A stretch of 64,000 nucleotides of DNA from an uncultured delta proteobacterium. Its GTDB lineage: Bacteria; Desulfobacterota; Binatia; UBA9968. This document shows, one piece after another, positions 47,912-58,089 of the stretch (within the stretch, counting starts at the first letter, position 1; each line of letters begins with the position of its first letter). The position numbers and the translations under genes were made by a program. Location of the stretch: positions 142,270 to 206,269 of the forward strand of contig CAVTUQ010000004.1 in assembly GCA_963737905.1 (NCBI GenBank), in the 5' to 3' direction. The notes under the pieces are model-generated. The model was not told the DNA's origin and ran no database searches. It saw only the letters and a program-made list of their open reading frames with translations.

Positions 47912-48931
47912 ATGAAAAAAACTCTTTTGATGCTCGTGCTGGTTACGCTCTGGCTGTCGCCTGTCGAGGCCCAGACGAAGCGAAAAGTCGTTTTCGGTGT
48001 TCCGGTCACGCCACCCAATGTCGTGCACATTCCGCCTTATATCGCCAAAGATATGGGGTTCTTTGCTGAATATGGGATTGATGTGGAACTGGTAACGTTC
48101 GAGGGCGGCACGCAAACGGTCAGAGGAAGCGTAGCCGGGGGGCTCGACATTACCGGGACCAGTGCTGATCCGGCTATTGTTGGCGCTGCCAGAGGCGCCG
48201 GCACCAAAGTGGTTGGAACCTATTCCCACAAACTGTCGCAGTCAATGCTGGTCCAGGGTGATATCAAAAGCTGCAAAGATCTCAAAGGACGCAAAATCGG
48301 CATTCAAGAGATCGGAGCATTTTCTGAAGTGTTGAGCCGCGCGGTGATGGCTTCGTGTGGTCTGACAGAGAAAGATGTTCAATATATTAACGTCAGTACG
48401 AAGGGACGGGTTTCAGGTCTTCTTACTGGCCAAATCGATACGGCCATCCTCCATGTCGATCAGGCGTTGGTGGCAAAGAAGAAAAAGCCCGACCTCAACA
48501 TCCTCGTGAATCTTTGGGAAACTCTGCCCAAGTGGCTATACGCCGTTTACATTGCACCCGGTAACCAATTGGCTGAAAACCGCCAGCTTTATGTGGATCT
48601 GGAAGCTGCGCTTATCAAAGCAAACCGGTTTATTTACAAAGATAAAGCCAAAACCGTTGAGATTGCCGTGAAGTACACCAAGGAAGACCCCGAAGTAGTT
48701 TCCCAGACCTATGATTTGTTGGCCAATGCCGGCGCCTGGCCAGTGAACGATGGTTTGCCTAAGGAGATGGTCCAGTGGACTATCGATCGTCAAGTCGAGG
48801 TGGGAACGATTAAGGCGGCGGAAAAACCCAGCTACGACAAATTGGTTGATGTCTCTGTGATCGACGCCGCGATCAAGAAGGTGGGCGGGCGGTTAACCGG
48901 CGATAAGCGCTGGGAAATTAGGAAGAGTTAA
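47912..48931 (+). CDS. NitT/TauT-family substrate-binding protein
   Basis: Signal peptide; YIAKDMGFFAEYGIDVE and DLKGRKIG motifs. Confidence 0.88.
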   Translation: MKKTLLMLVLVTLWLSPVEAQTKRKVVFGVPVTPPNVVHIPPYIAKDMGFFAEYGIDVELVTFEGGTQTVRGSVAGGLDITGTSADPAIVGAARGAGTKVVGTYSHKLSQSMLVQGDIKSCKDLKGRKIGIQEIGAFSEVLSRAVMASCGLTEKDVQYINVSTKGRVSGLLTGQIDTAILHVDQALVAKKKKPDLNILVNLWETLPKWLYAVYIAPGNQLAENRQLYVDLEAALIKANRFIYKDKAKTVEIAVKYTKEDPEVVSQTYDLLANAGAWPVNDGLPKEMVQWTIDRQVEVGTIKAAEKPSYDKLVDVSVIDAAIKKVGGRLTGDKRWEIRKS

Positions 48932-48944
48932 AGTCAAAAAACGG

Positions 48945-48978
48945 GAGAGGGCGGAAAATTTTCCTGCCCTCTCTTTTT
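48945..48978 (+). terminator. Intrinsic terminator ending the large catabolic cluster
   Basis: GAGAGGGCGGAAAA..TTCCTGCCCTCTC followed by TTTTT. Confidence 0.75.
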
Positions 48979-49000
48979 ATGCCGGCGAAGGAAAGATAAG

Positions 49001-49294
49001 TTGGTAGAATTTTATCCCGGATGCAGACTCACCCTTTCTCGGCCGATTGTCATTCCTATAGAAGATTCCCTTGATCTGCATCCCTTCGCTCCCAAGGACA
49101 TTCCGAGCGTCGTGGAAGAATACATTGAACAATGTCTGCAAGCTGGAATTTACGAAATCCGATTGATCCACGGTCGCGGTCAGGGCATTCAGCGACGCAT
49201 TATTCAATCCCTCCTGGAAAAACATCCCCAAGTGTTGTCCTTCAAGGATGCGCCGGCGGAAGCCGGTGGGTGGGGCGCTACGTGGTCGTCGTGA
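49001..49294 (+). CDS. Smr/MutS2-domain protein (both ends corrupted)
   Basis: PIEDSLDLH, RLIHGRGQG and GGWGAT motifs. Confidence 0.75.
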   Translation: MVEFYPGCRLTLSRPIVIPIEDSLDLHPFAPKDIPSVVEEYIEQCLQAGIYEIRLIHGRGQGIQRRIIQSLLEKHPQVLSFKDAPAEAGGWGATWSS

Positions 49295-49492
49295 GTAGTG
49301 AAGAGTATGTAAGGGTTGATAAGCTTTGGTAAGTTGGGGGTGCTTATGTTTTGAGCTGGTGGTGTAATAAGGGTGTTGGTTTTTGACGAGAGCCATTTTG
49401 AGATCTGTGGTTGGGTGTTTATTCACAGTTTGATTTCTGAGACTGGCGAGAAGCGATGGTGTAAATCCGAATTCAATATAAGGAGGGATTAA

Positions 49493-50653
49493 ATGAAAAT
49501 TTTTCTGACTACTTCGTATGGTGGCTGGCATGGCGGTGAGTTTTGCGCCGATCGAGCTTGGCGCGTGGTAACTCACGGGGCAGTTTGCAACACCGGGCGC
49601 TACTATCGGGACGCTATCAGCTTGCAGTGGACAGATCAATGCCGCAGGAGGGGTGAAAATGGGTCAAGGAAAGGAAAAACTTACTGTAAAAATTATAGAC
49701 AATCAGTCTGACGTGAATCTGAGTGTCCGCAGTACGTGCAATTGGCAGCAGGATAAAGTCAACTTTCTGCTCGGACCATTCGCAGTGATTTTGTTCTGGC
49801 GATTCGGCGATCGCAGAAAAGTACAGCATACCCATGATCCAAGGCGGAGGCGCTTCGGACCAAATTTTCAGTCGCGGTTACAAATATATCTTCGGCACAT
49901 TGCGCGGCGAGCGACTATTTCCAGAGCACGTTGGAGCTGATGGGGCAACTGAAGCCACCACCAAAACAGTTGCGCTGCTGTATGCGAGACGCGTTCGATG
50001 TTTCAGTCGCGAGGGCACTCGGAAAGCCATCGGCAAAACCTCGTTGAGCTAGCGGTGGATCAACGCTATAGTTCAAAGGCTTCCGATTTTAACTCGCTTC
50101 TGTCGCTGATTAAGAGCCAAAATGTAGATGCCATTTTGGTCGCTGGCCATGAAACTGAAATTTTAAATTTCATCCGTCAGGCCAAGACTCTCGACGTAAC
50201 CCAAGCTCTATTCCTTTACGGTGGGTGTCACGACCGCCGACTTCCGCAAAGCTCTAGGACAGGACGCAAATTATGCTCTTGGTATGAGCTCGTGGGTACG
50301 TCCCGGGTGCTAAAGGACGAATATTTCGGCGACGCTGAACAGTTCGCCGGGGAATATCAGAAGCGCTTCGGTTATGAAGCCGATTATCACGCGGCGTCGG
50401 GTACGCCGTTGTCGAAGCGTTTGTGAAGGCGATCGAATCGGCTAACAGCCTTGAGCCGGCCAAAGTCCGTGATGCGATTGCTCGTCTCGATTTCGACAGT
50501 CTCTATGGTCGGATTCGCTTCAACGAAAACGGACAAATCAACTTGCCGCAGACCGTGGTGCAGATTCAAAATGGCAAGATGGTGCCGATTTACGGCCCCA
50601 AAGGAGTTATTGAAAAGGCGCTTTATCCTATGCCGGCCTGGGGCAAACGATAG
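49493..50653 (+). pseudogene. Branched-chain amino-acid-type ABC substrate-binding protein, heavily frameshifted (probably sequencing error)
   Basis: Fragments [36 protein letters not shown] and [18 protein letters not shown] in different frames. Confidence 0.7.
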
Positions 50654-51517
50654 GTGCAGCTCCTCTGGCAGATCCTAGTTAACGGCATCCTACTAAGGCG
50701 GTCTCTATGCCTTGATGGCGTTGGGTCTAGTGCTCGTCTGGGGAGTGCTTAACATCGTCAATTTGGCGCATGGCACTCTCATCATGTTGGGCGCTTATGC
50801 CTGCTATTACCTTTTCACGGTATTCGGTTTGGACCCTTTCGCTGCCTTGCCGGTGTCCATGGTGCTTTTATTTTGCCTCGGTTATGTGCTGCAGCGTTTT
50901 GTGCTCAATTTCGTGATCCGCGCGCCGATGTTCAACACATTGTTGATTACTTTTGGTTTGGAGGTAGTAATCACCTATCTTGCTCAGATCACTTTTAGCG
51001 CTGACTTTCGAACCGTTAACCCGAGTTACGCAGGAGCCAATTTTGCTTTTTTCGGGGCCACGGTTCCCTGGCAAGGCTCCTGACCTTCGGCGTAGCGCTG
51101 GGACTGACGGCTGCGCTGTGGCTGTTCCTCGATCACACCCGGATCGGCCGAGCGATCCGAGCGACGGCGCAGAATCTGATCGCGGCGCGATTGTATGGGG
51201 TTAACCCGAGACAGCTCTATGCGCTGACATTTGGCATCGGTGCAGCATTGGCAGGTGCCGCTGGCACGCTCTACGGCGTGGTGTCGCAAATCAACCCCTA
51301 TATTGGCGCAAGCCTTACCGGCAAGTCATTTGCCATTGCCATCATCGGCGGTCTGGAAAAGTAGATCTACGTCTTGGTCGGAGGATTATTTCTCGGCATT
51401 GTCGAATCCCTCACCGCCTTGTATATCGGGCCAACCTATACCGACGTCATCAGTTTCGGTATTCTGGTATTGGTGTTGATCGTGCGCCCGACCGGCCTGC
51501 TCGGGAGAACGGCTTGA
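50654..51517 (+). CDS. livH: LivH-type ABC permease (frameshifts plus one in-frame TAG)
   Basis: LVWGVLNIVNLAHG, GRAIRATAQN and LIVRPTGLLG in different frames. Confidence 0.7.
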
Positions 51518-52464
51518 AGCGGATCCTCAAGATTGCACTGGCGGCTGTCGTAGTCGCAAGCCTCGCGACAGTGCCGTGGTGGGGATCGGCGGTCTTAGTG
51601 CAATTCGGCATCAGCGCGCTTATTCTCGCGACCCTTGCACAAAGCTGGAACATCATCGGGGGTTATACCGGCTATCCTTCGTTTGGCAACTCGGTCTTCT
51701 ATGGTCTAGGCGGTTATGGCGTAGCTATCGCCATGGTTCAGTTCAAATTGTCTTTTGCATTAGGCTTGTTGTTAGGCGTCGCGCTGGCCGTGTCGTTTGC
51801 GTTTATTATCGGCCTTCCAGTTCTCAGGTTGCGCGGGCATTACTTTGCCATCGCCACATTGGGGCTTGCCGAAGTGATGACCGCCATCGTTTCCAACCTC
51901 GAAATCGCGGGCCGCAATGTCGGACTCATCCTCCCGCTACTCAAGGGCGACACGGTTTTTTATGAACTGTCTCTTGCGCTCTTAACTCTGACTACCCTTA
52001 CCGTTGCCTGGCTCTCGCGAAGCCGTTTTGGTTTCGGGCTGATTGCGATTCGAGAGAATGAAGGCGCGGCGGCCGTCATGGGCGTAAACACGACCCTGTA
52101 CAAGGTTCTGGCGTTCGCCTTATGTAGTGTTTTTGCAGCGCTTGCTGGAGGCATTCACGCCTATTGGATTACCTATCTCGATCCCAGTAGCGCTTTCGAT
52201 ATCACCCTGAATGTGAAGATGATCATCATGGCCGTGTTCGGCGGTCCCGGAACCATTTTCGGCCCTGTATTAGGTGCGTTTGCGCTGTCGGCGATCTCGG
52301 AAATCCTCGCCAGCAAAATAACCAATCTCGCTAGTGTCTTTTTCGGTCTGGTAATTGTCGCGGCGATCGTTTTCATGCCGCGCGGGTTCGCTGATCTGGT
52401 CCAACGCTTTCGGCAGCTCGGGTGGCGCTATTTTCAGGAAAACATTCGCGCCCACCGCGTGTGA
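51514..52464 (+). CDS. livM: LivM-type ABC permease
   Basis: WNIIGGYTGYPSFG, LRLRGHYFAIATL and AIRENE motifs. Confidence 0.85.
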   Translation: MKRILKIALAAVVVASLATVPWWGSAVLVQFGISALILATLAQSWNIIGGYTGYPSFGNSVFYGLGGYGVAIAMVQFKLSFALGLLLGVALAVSFAFIIGLPVLRLRGHYFAIATLGLAEVMTAIVSNLEIAGRNVGLILPLLKGDTVFYELSLALLTLTTLTVAWLSRSRFGFGLIAIRENEGAAAVMGVNTTLYKVLAFALCSVFAALAGGIHAYWITYLDPSSAFDITLNVKMIIMAVFGGPGTIFGPVLGAFALSAISEILASKITNLASVFFGLVIVAAIVFMPRGFADLVQRFRQLGWRYFQENIRAHRV

Positions 52465-52469
52465 TCATT

Positions 52470-53207
52470 ATGGATGCAATCCTCGAGGTTTTGAGCCTTA
52501 CAAAGAGATTTCATGGTTTACTGGCTATCGACAACGTCAGTTTTGCGCTTGAGCGCAATGAGATTCTCGGCTTGATCGGACCCAATGGCGCCGGCAAAAC
52601 GACAATAATCAGCTTGGTGAGCGGGACACTCGATCCCACCGCCGGTTCGATAAAATTCGAAGGCGCGCCGATTCAACAGCTTCCCGCCTATCGTCGGGGA
52701 CTGCTCGGCATCGCCCGGACGTTTCAGGTCATGCGGCCGTTTCCCGGACTAACGGTGCTCGACAATGTCGCGGTGGGAGCGCTTTTCGGCGCCGCTGGGC
52801 GAGATCCTCGAAACTTGAGAGATGCGCAGGAAAAGGCGGGCCATTGGCTCAGGTTTGTTGGGCTCGCTCACCGGGCGGCGCAGCGCGCTGATGCGCTTGG
52901 CGGCCCGGACCGGAAAAGATTGGAGCTCGCCAAAGCCCTGGCGATGCGGCCCAAGTTGTTGTTGCTTGACGAGGTCATGGCGGGACTCAATCACGTGGAG
53001 ATCGAAGAGGTGATCAGCGTCATCAAGAAAGTTCGCGAGCAAGGAATCAGTATTCTAGTGATCGAGCACGTCATGAAAGCGATTCAAAGCCTGTCCGATC
53101 GGTTGCTGGTTTTACATCACGGTGAGAAGATCGCCGAAGGCAAGCCGGAAACGGTGCTGAGTAACGAACAGGTGATCGACGCCTATCTCGGAAGGAAGCG
53201 TTCGTGA
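52470..53207 (+). CDS. livG: LivG-type ABC ATP-binding protein
   Basis: GPNGAGKTT, GIARTFQ, LLDE and AYLG motifs. Confidence 0.88.
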   Translation: MDAILEVLSLTKRFHGLLAIDNVSFALERNEILGLIGPNGAGKTTIISLVSGTLDPTAGSIKFEGAPIQQLPAYRRGLLGIARTFQVMRPFPGLTVLDNVAVGALFGAAGRDPRNLRDAQEKAGHWLRFVGLAHRAAQRADALGGPDRKRLELAKALAMRPKLLLLDEVMAGLNHVEIEEVISVIKKVREQGISILVIEHVMKAIQSLSDRLLVLHHGEKIAEGKPETVLSNEQVIDAYLGRKRS

Positions 53208-53917
53208 GTGAGACGTTATTAAAGGTCGAAGGCCTGAACGCGGGCTACGGCGAGATGGCGGTCCTGGACGACATTCATCTGGAAATCGAGCGCGGAGAGA
53301 TCGTCGCGCTGGTAGGCAGCAACGGCGCCGGCAAGACCACGTTGCTGCGCGCGCTGTCGCGGCTCATCCCAAGCACCGGCCGCATCCTCTTCTCGGGCAG
53401 GTCTCTCAGTGAGCTTACCCCGGATCGAGTCTTTACTTTAAGACTCGTCCAAGTACCTGAAGGCCGGCAGCTCTTCGATCAAATGTCGGTCGAGGAAAAT
53501 CTCCTGATGGGCGCTTATCACCGCACCGGTCACGCCAAGATCGCCGCCGACCTGGAACGCGTCTATGGACTGTTTCCGAAACTTAAAGAGCGTCGGAAAC
53601 AGATAGCCGGGAGCCTGTCCGGCGGCGAGCAGCAGATGTGCGCCATCGCCCGCGGTTTGATGGCCGCTCCGCAACTGTTAATGATCGATGAAATGAGCTT
53701 GGGATTGGCGCCTGTCGTCGTCGATCTTTTACTCGATACGCTTGAGGAAATCCGCAAGGAAGGAATTACCGTTCTGCTTGTCGAGCAGGATGTCTTTTCC
53801 GCTTTTCACGTGGCCGACCGGGGCTACGTCCTTGAAACTGGCAAGATCGTCCGCGTAGGCACCGCCCGCGAGCTATCAGAAGATCCAGAAGTTAGGCGCG
53901 CGTACCTGGGCATTTAG
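53204..53917 (+). CDS. livF: LivF-type ABC ATP-binding protein
   Basis: GSNGAGKTT, VPEGRQLF and LSGGEQQM motifs. Confidence 0.9.
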   Translation: MSETLLKVEGLNAGYGEMAVLDDIHLEIERGEIVALVGSNGAGKTTLLRALSRLIPSTGRILFSGRSLSELTPDRVFTLRLVQVPEGRQLFDQMSVEENLLMGAYHRTGHAKIAADLERVYGLFPKLKERRKQIAGSLSGGEQQMCAIARGLMAAPQLLMIDEMSLGLAPVVVDLLLDTLEEIRKEGITVLLVEQDVFSAFHVADRGYVLETGKIVRVGTARELSEDPEVRRAYLGI

Positions 53918-53952
53918 CTCGGTACATGCGTCGCACGGATAAAGATCTTCAA

Positions 53953-54450
53953 CTACTTGGCGGTAAAAGGATCTTCGCCCTTAGCCTTGATCAGATAGTA
54001 GACGGTGATCAGGACGCCGACGGTGATGAAGCTATCGGCAAGATTGAATGCCGGCCAGTGAAAGTTCGACCAGTAGACGTCGAGAAAATCAATCACTTCC
54101 CCGTACGCAACCCGATCGATGAGGTTGCCGATCGCGCCGCCGAGGATAAAAGCAAGTGCGGTGATCAAGCCCGTTTCTCTGTCGGGCAAACGTCTGAGCA
54201 TCATGACGACAAAGCCGATCGCGATCAAGGAAAACAAGACGAGAAAGGGGAGGCGAAAAGCCGCCGCGCTTCCCGACAGGATGCCGAACGCGGCGCCGGT
54301 GTTGCGGATGTAGGTCAGGCTAAACAAGTCGTCGATCACCGGAATCGAATGATGCAAGGGCATCGTTTGGTCAATGATGAATTTCGTCAGCTGATCCGCA
54401 ACGAGGATAAAAGCGAGCCAGCCGAGGACGATTTTGGATTTTGTAGTCAA
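53953..54450 (-). CDS. lspA: Signal peptidase II
   Basis: DQLTK, NTGAAFG, GNLIDR, VIDF and FNLADS motifs; follows ileS. Confidence 0.95.
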   Translation of the reverse strand: MTTKSKIVLGWLAFILVADQLTKFIIDQTMPLHHSIPVIDDLFSLTYIRNTGAAFGILSGSAAAFRLPFLVLFSLIAIGFVVMMLRRLPDRETGLITALAFILGGAIGNLIDRVAYGEVIDFLDVYWSNFHWPAFNLADSFITVGVLITVYYLIKAKGEDPFTAK

Positions 54451-54523
54451 GAAAACTCTCCGAATTTCGATTAACAGCGAACGTGGACTGTCTTACAGAG
54501 AATCTGCAGGGTCAAAAAACGTC

Positions 54524-57500
54524 TCAAGACGCTGCTTTAGGTCCCGCCACGACCTTGCGCAACTGTATTGTCAAAGGATGGCCGTCCACCTTCACGCCGG
54601 TCGTGTGGGAGTCGCCGTCAAGCGGTAGGTTTGCCCACTCAACCGCTAATGTTTCCGCGGAAATGTAGGAATTATTAGCCTCGACGGCTCGCCGCAGCGC
54701 CGGAGACTCGGTCCCAAAGTGCAAAATAATGCGATCTTCCATTTCCAGACCCGACTTTTTCCGCAGCTCCTGAACATGGCGAACAATCTCGCGAGCCATC
54801 CCTTCCTGAGCCAGCGCTTCGTCGATCCTTACGTCGAGTAGCAGTTGGGTCCCGTGATCAATGAGGCCCGTCCAACCATCCGGCGCCTTGGCTTTTAGCA
54901 GGATGTCACTTGAATCCAAGACCACCGCTTTGCCCGCGCAGTCCAGCTCGATTTTATCCCCAGCCTGTACCTTGGTGGCCAACGAGTTAGCATCGAGCTC
55001 AGCCAGAGCCGTTCGGATCTGTTTTACTTGCTCACCAAACTTTGGACCCAACGTTTTTAGGTTCGGATTAATTTCGTAGCTAAGCAGGGGACCTTGGGCC
55101 GGATCATGCACGCTCACCTTTTTAAGGTTTAACTCCTCTGAGATTTGTTCAGCAAAGCGTCTGACCGCATGGCGCTCTGAGTCATTGGCCGGCTGGATAA
55201 TGATTTCGGCCAACGGCTGGCGGACTTTGATGCGCACGCTATTTCTTAGAGATGAACCCAGTGAGACGAGCCGGAGCAAGGCCTCCATATCAGCCGAAAG
55301 CTCGCCGTCAATGAGCGACTCATCGACTTCAGGAAAATTGCAATGGTGGATGCTGAGGGCCCGGCCTGCCTCTTCGTTTGTTCCGCGCCGCTCCAGATTC
55401 TGGTACATGACCTCGGTCAAAAAAGGCATGACGGGGGCGAAAAGCCTGATCAACGTCGTCACCACAGTGTAGAGCGTTTGGTACGCCGCCAATTTATCTT
55501 CGCTCTTTTCACTCTTCCAAAAGCGACGACGGTTTCGGCGCACGTACCAGTTACTGAGCTTTTCGGCAACGAAAGTTTCAGCTGCAAGACAAAAGGCCAT
55601 CACGTTGTAGTTTTCGAACTCGCGCCGCGCGGTTTGGACAAGTAGCTGCAGGTCCGACAGAATCCAGCGGTCGATGTCGGACCTTGCGCTCACCGGCACG
55701 GCTGGGGTGTCGGGATCAAAGCCATCCAGTCGAGCATAGTTGCAGAAGAAAGCATAGGTGTTCCACAGCTTCAAAATAAAACGGTTTCTAATCTCGTCCG
55801 CAGGGCCGTAGCCGAAATTGATGTTGTTGGCTGGATTGTGCCGGGAAAACATCCAACGCATCACATCAACCCCCATTTTTTCCGCTGATTCCTCGAAGGG
55901 TATGGCGTTGCCCTTGGACTTATGCATCTCCTCGCCCTTTTCGTCCCGCACGGTGGCATGCCCTAGAAGCACTCTAAAGGGAGCTCGTCCCTCCATCAGC
56001 GTGCTCATAGCGAGCAGGGCGTAAAACCAGTTGCGAAACTGGCCAGGAAAGCTTTCGGTAACAAAGTCCGCAGGAAACCACTTCTCCCAGTACATGCGGT
56101 CGCGGTTGTAACCCAGGGTCGAGTAGGGCACGATGCCGGCGTCGAGCCACGGATTCCCGACATCAGGAATCCGACTTGCCCTCCCAGCGCATTTGGAACA
56201 GCGAATTTTGACCAGATCTATCCACGGCCGGTGCGGAGAGTGACCTTCGAATTCATTCCATCCGGCCACGGCTCGACTCCTAAGCTCCTCACGACTGCCA
56301 ACGACTTCAAAAGCACCGCAGCTCTCGCAAATCCAGATGGGCAGCGCAAGCCCCCAATAGCGCTTCTTAGAAATCATCCAGTCGCCCATGTTTCTTAGCC
56401 AGTCGAGCTCGCGTTGCAAACCAAAATCGGGGACCCAGCGGACGTCATGACAGATTTTCATGATCGCCTCACGCCAACGCATGTCGATAAACCACTCATC
56501 CACAAGCCTGAAGAGAAGTTCTGTTTTGCAGCGCCAGCAGTGCGGATAGTTGTGCGGATATTGCTCGATCGCCACAAGTAACCCTTTGTGCTGGAGGTTA
56601 CCCAATATCCAGTCAATGGTGGAAGGATCAAGCGCCGATTGGCTTTCAAGCTCTCCAAAGCCGTGCAGGAATAGGCCAGCCTCATCGAGGGGCCCGATTG
56701 GAACGAGACCTTCCTCCTTGCCGAGGGCGAAATCTTCCTTGCCGCAGCCCGGGGCAATATGCACGATCCCGGTGCCTTCAGCCTCGCTGACTGCATCCCA
56801 CGGTATCACCCTATGCATTTCACGCGCAGGTTTTCCCGTTCCCCACTTTTGTTTCACCGCCACATCGGCAATTTCCGTTGGAAAACCTCCTGGATGACCC
56901 TGCGCCTCAAACTCATCGAAAGGGCCGTCATAGGGCCATCCAAGCATCTCCGTTCCGGATAACTCTCCCAAGACTTCGTAGCCGCCTTTTTCCTTGAAGA
57001 TCTGTTCAATGGACTTAAGTTTGGGTACTCCCTCGACCCATTCCTTTCTCCGAAACTCCTCTTCAAGCCGTTGTGCGGTGAAGGTGCCTTTGGCCAAATA
57101 GTAAACCTCGTTTCGGTGGCGAATCTTTAAATAGGTGAGGGCTGGGTTGACCGCGGCCGCCACGTTGCTGGTTAGAGTCCAAGGGGTGGTTGTCCAAACG
57201 AGCAGGCTTTCGCCTGGCCGCTCACGAAGGGGCAAGCGCACAAACACCGCCCTGTGGGCGACTCGTTGATAGCCTTCGTGCATCTCCATCTGGCTGATAC
57301 CTACGGCGCAACGAGGGCACCAAGGCATCGAGTCGTAAGCTCGGTAAATCAAGCCGCGTTCGTGACACTTCTTGAGGAAGCTCCAGATCGTGTAGTTATT
57401 TTCCTCGGACATGGTGAAGTAACTGCGACGCTCGTCAGGCGGTTTCAGCCAGTCTTCATCTCGATCCCAGTCCATCCAGTAGCCGAGGCGAATAGATTGT

Positions 57501-57928
57501 TCCGTCTGAATCCGGGCGAACTTGTCCACTCGCTCTTTGCATAGCGCGACGAACCGGTCGATGCTTGCGAAGCGGTTGTCCGGGACAAGATTTTCAATGT
57601 CCTGCTTCGACCGCAGACCGAGCTCTTTTTCCACCTCCACCTCAACCCAAAGTCCTTGGCAATCGAAGCCGTTTTGATAACGCAACTCATGTCCTGTCAT
57701 GGCAAAATAGCGGCCGTAAGTATCTTTGTACGTGCGCCCCCAGGCATGATGTACACCCATAGGATTGTTAGCGGTAATCGGACCGTCAAGGAAAGACCAT
57801 TTCGGCTTGCCGCGATTCTTTTCCCGGAGAAGCTCGAAGACACGTAGGCGCCGCCAAAAATCGAGGATCGATCGTTCGAGGCCAGGAAAATCGACTTCCG
57901 TGGTTACTTTGTCGAAGTTAGGTTGCAT
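54524..57928 (-). CDS. ileS: Isoleucyl-tRNA synthetase, type 2
   Basis: FLDGP..GVHH, GFDCQGL, WTTTPWTL, GTGIVH, DWMISKKRYWG and EMHKSKGN; IleRS2-type long C-terminus (EGMAREIVRHVQELRK). Confidence 0.93.
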   Translation of the reverse strand: MQPNFDKVTTEVDFPGLERSILDFWRRLRVFELLREKNRGKPKWSFLDGPITANNPMGVHHAWGRTYKDTYGRYFAMTGHELRYQNGFDCQGLWVEVEVEKELGLRSKQDIENLVPDNRFASIDRFVALCKERVDKFARIQTEQSIRLGYWMDWDRDEDWLKPPDERRSYFTMSEENNYTIWSFLKKCHERGLIYRAYDSMPWCPRCAVGISQMEMHEGYQRVAHRAVFVRLPLRERPGESLLVWTTTPWTLTSNVAAAVNPALTYLKIRHRNEVYYLAKGTFTAQRLEEEFRRKEWVEGVPKLKSIEQIFKEKGGYEVLGELSGTEMLGWPYDGPFDEFEAQGHPGGFPTEIADVAVKQKWGTGKPAREMHRVIPWDAVSEAEGTGIVHIAPGCGKEDFALGKEEGLVPIGPLDEAGLFLHGFGELESQSALDPSTIDWILGNLQHKGLLVAIEQYPHNYPHCWRCKTELLFRLVDEWFIDMRWREAIMKICHDVRWVPDFGLQRELDWLRNMGDWMISKKRYWGLALPIWICESCGAFEVVGSREELRSRAVAGWNEFEGHSPHRPWIDLVKIRCSKCAGRASRIPDVGNPWLDAGIVPYSTLGYNRDRMYWEKWFPADFVTESFPGQFRNWFYALLAMSTLMEGRAPFRVLLGHATVRDEKGEEMHKSKGNAIPFEESAEKMGVDVMRWMFSRHNPANNINFGYGPADEIRNRFILKLWNTYAFFCNYARLDGFDPDTPAVPVSARSDIDRWILSDLQLLVQTARREFENYNVMAFCLAAETFVAEKLSNWYVRRNRRRFWKSEKSEDKLAAYQTLYTVVTTLIRLFAPVMPFLTEVMYQNLERRGTNEEAGRALSIHHCNFPEVDESLIDGELSADMEALLRLVSLGSSLRNSVRIKVRQPLAEIIIQPANDSERHAVRRFAEQISEELNLKKVSVHDPAQGPLLSYEINPNLKTLGPKFGEQVKQIRTALAELDANSLATKVQAGDKIELDCAGKAVVLDSSDILLKAKAPDGWTGLIDHGTQLLLDVRIDEALAQEGMAREIVRHVQELRKKSGLEMEDRIILHFGTESPALRRAVEANNSYISAETLAVEWANLPLDGDSHTTGVKVDGHPLTIQLRKVVAGPKAAS

Positions 57929-57981
57929 GGCGGGAAAATTAGTGCAGGCTAAAAATTAATTTCTATCTCAAGAAAGAAAAA

Positions 57982-58089
57982 TTATCTAGATCGACGTGGC
58001 GGTTTCGGTTGTTGCCGAAAATTAGCGACACCGGGAATGTAGATCCATGACGTATAGGCAGGGATTCGGAAACCAACTGGCCTTTTCAT
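57982..58089 (-). CDS. Possible 35-aa small protein coupled to the upstream gene
   Basis: ATGA overlap with the stop of 58086..58475; translates MKRPVGFRIPAYTSWIYIPGVANFRQQPKPPRRSR. Confidence 0.3.
   Translation of the reverse strand: MKRPVGFRIPAYTSWIYIPGVANFRQQPKPPRRSR

Noticed and set aside
51362-51364. In-frame TAG in livH as pyrrolysine or readthrough
   Set aside because: It lies in the corrupted zone at a non-catalytic permease position, with no pyl genes in the window.
57929-58086. T-box riboswitch upstream of ileS
   Set aside because: No recognisable T-box motif or terminator/antiterminator, and the space is short.
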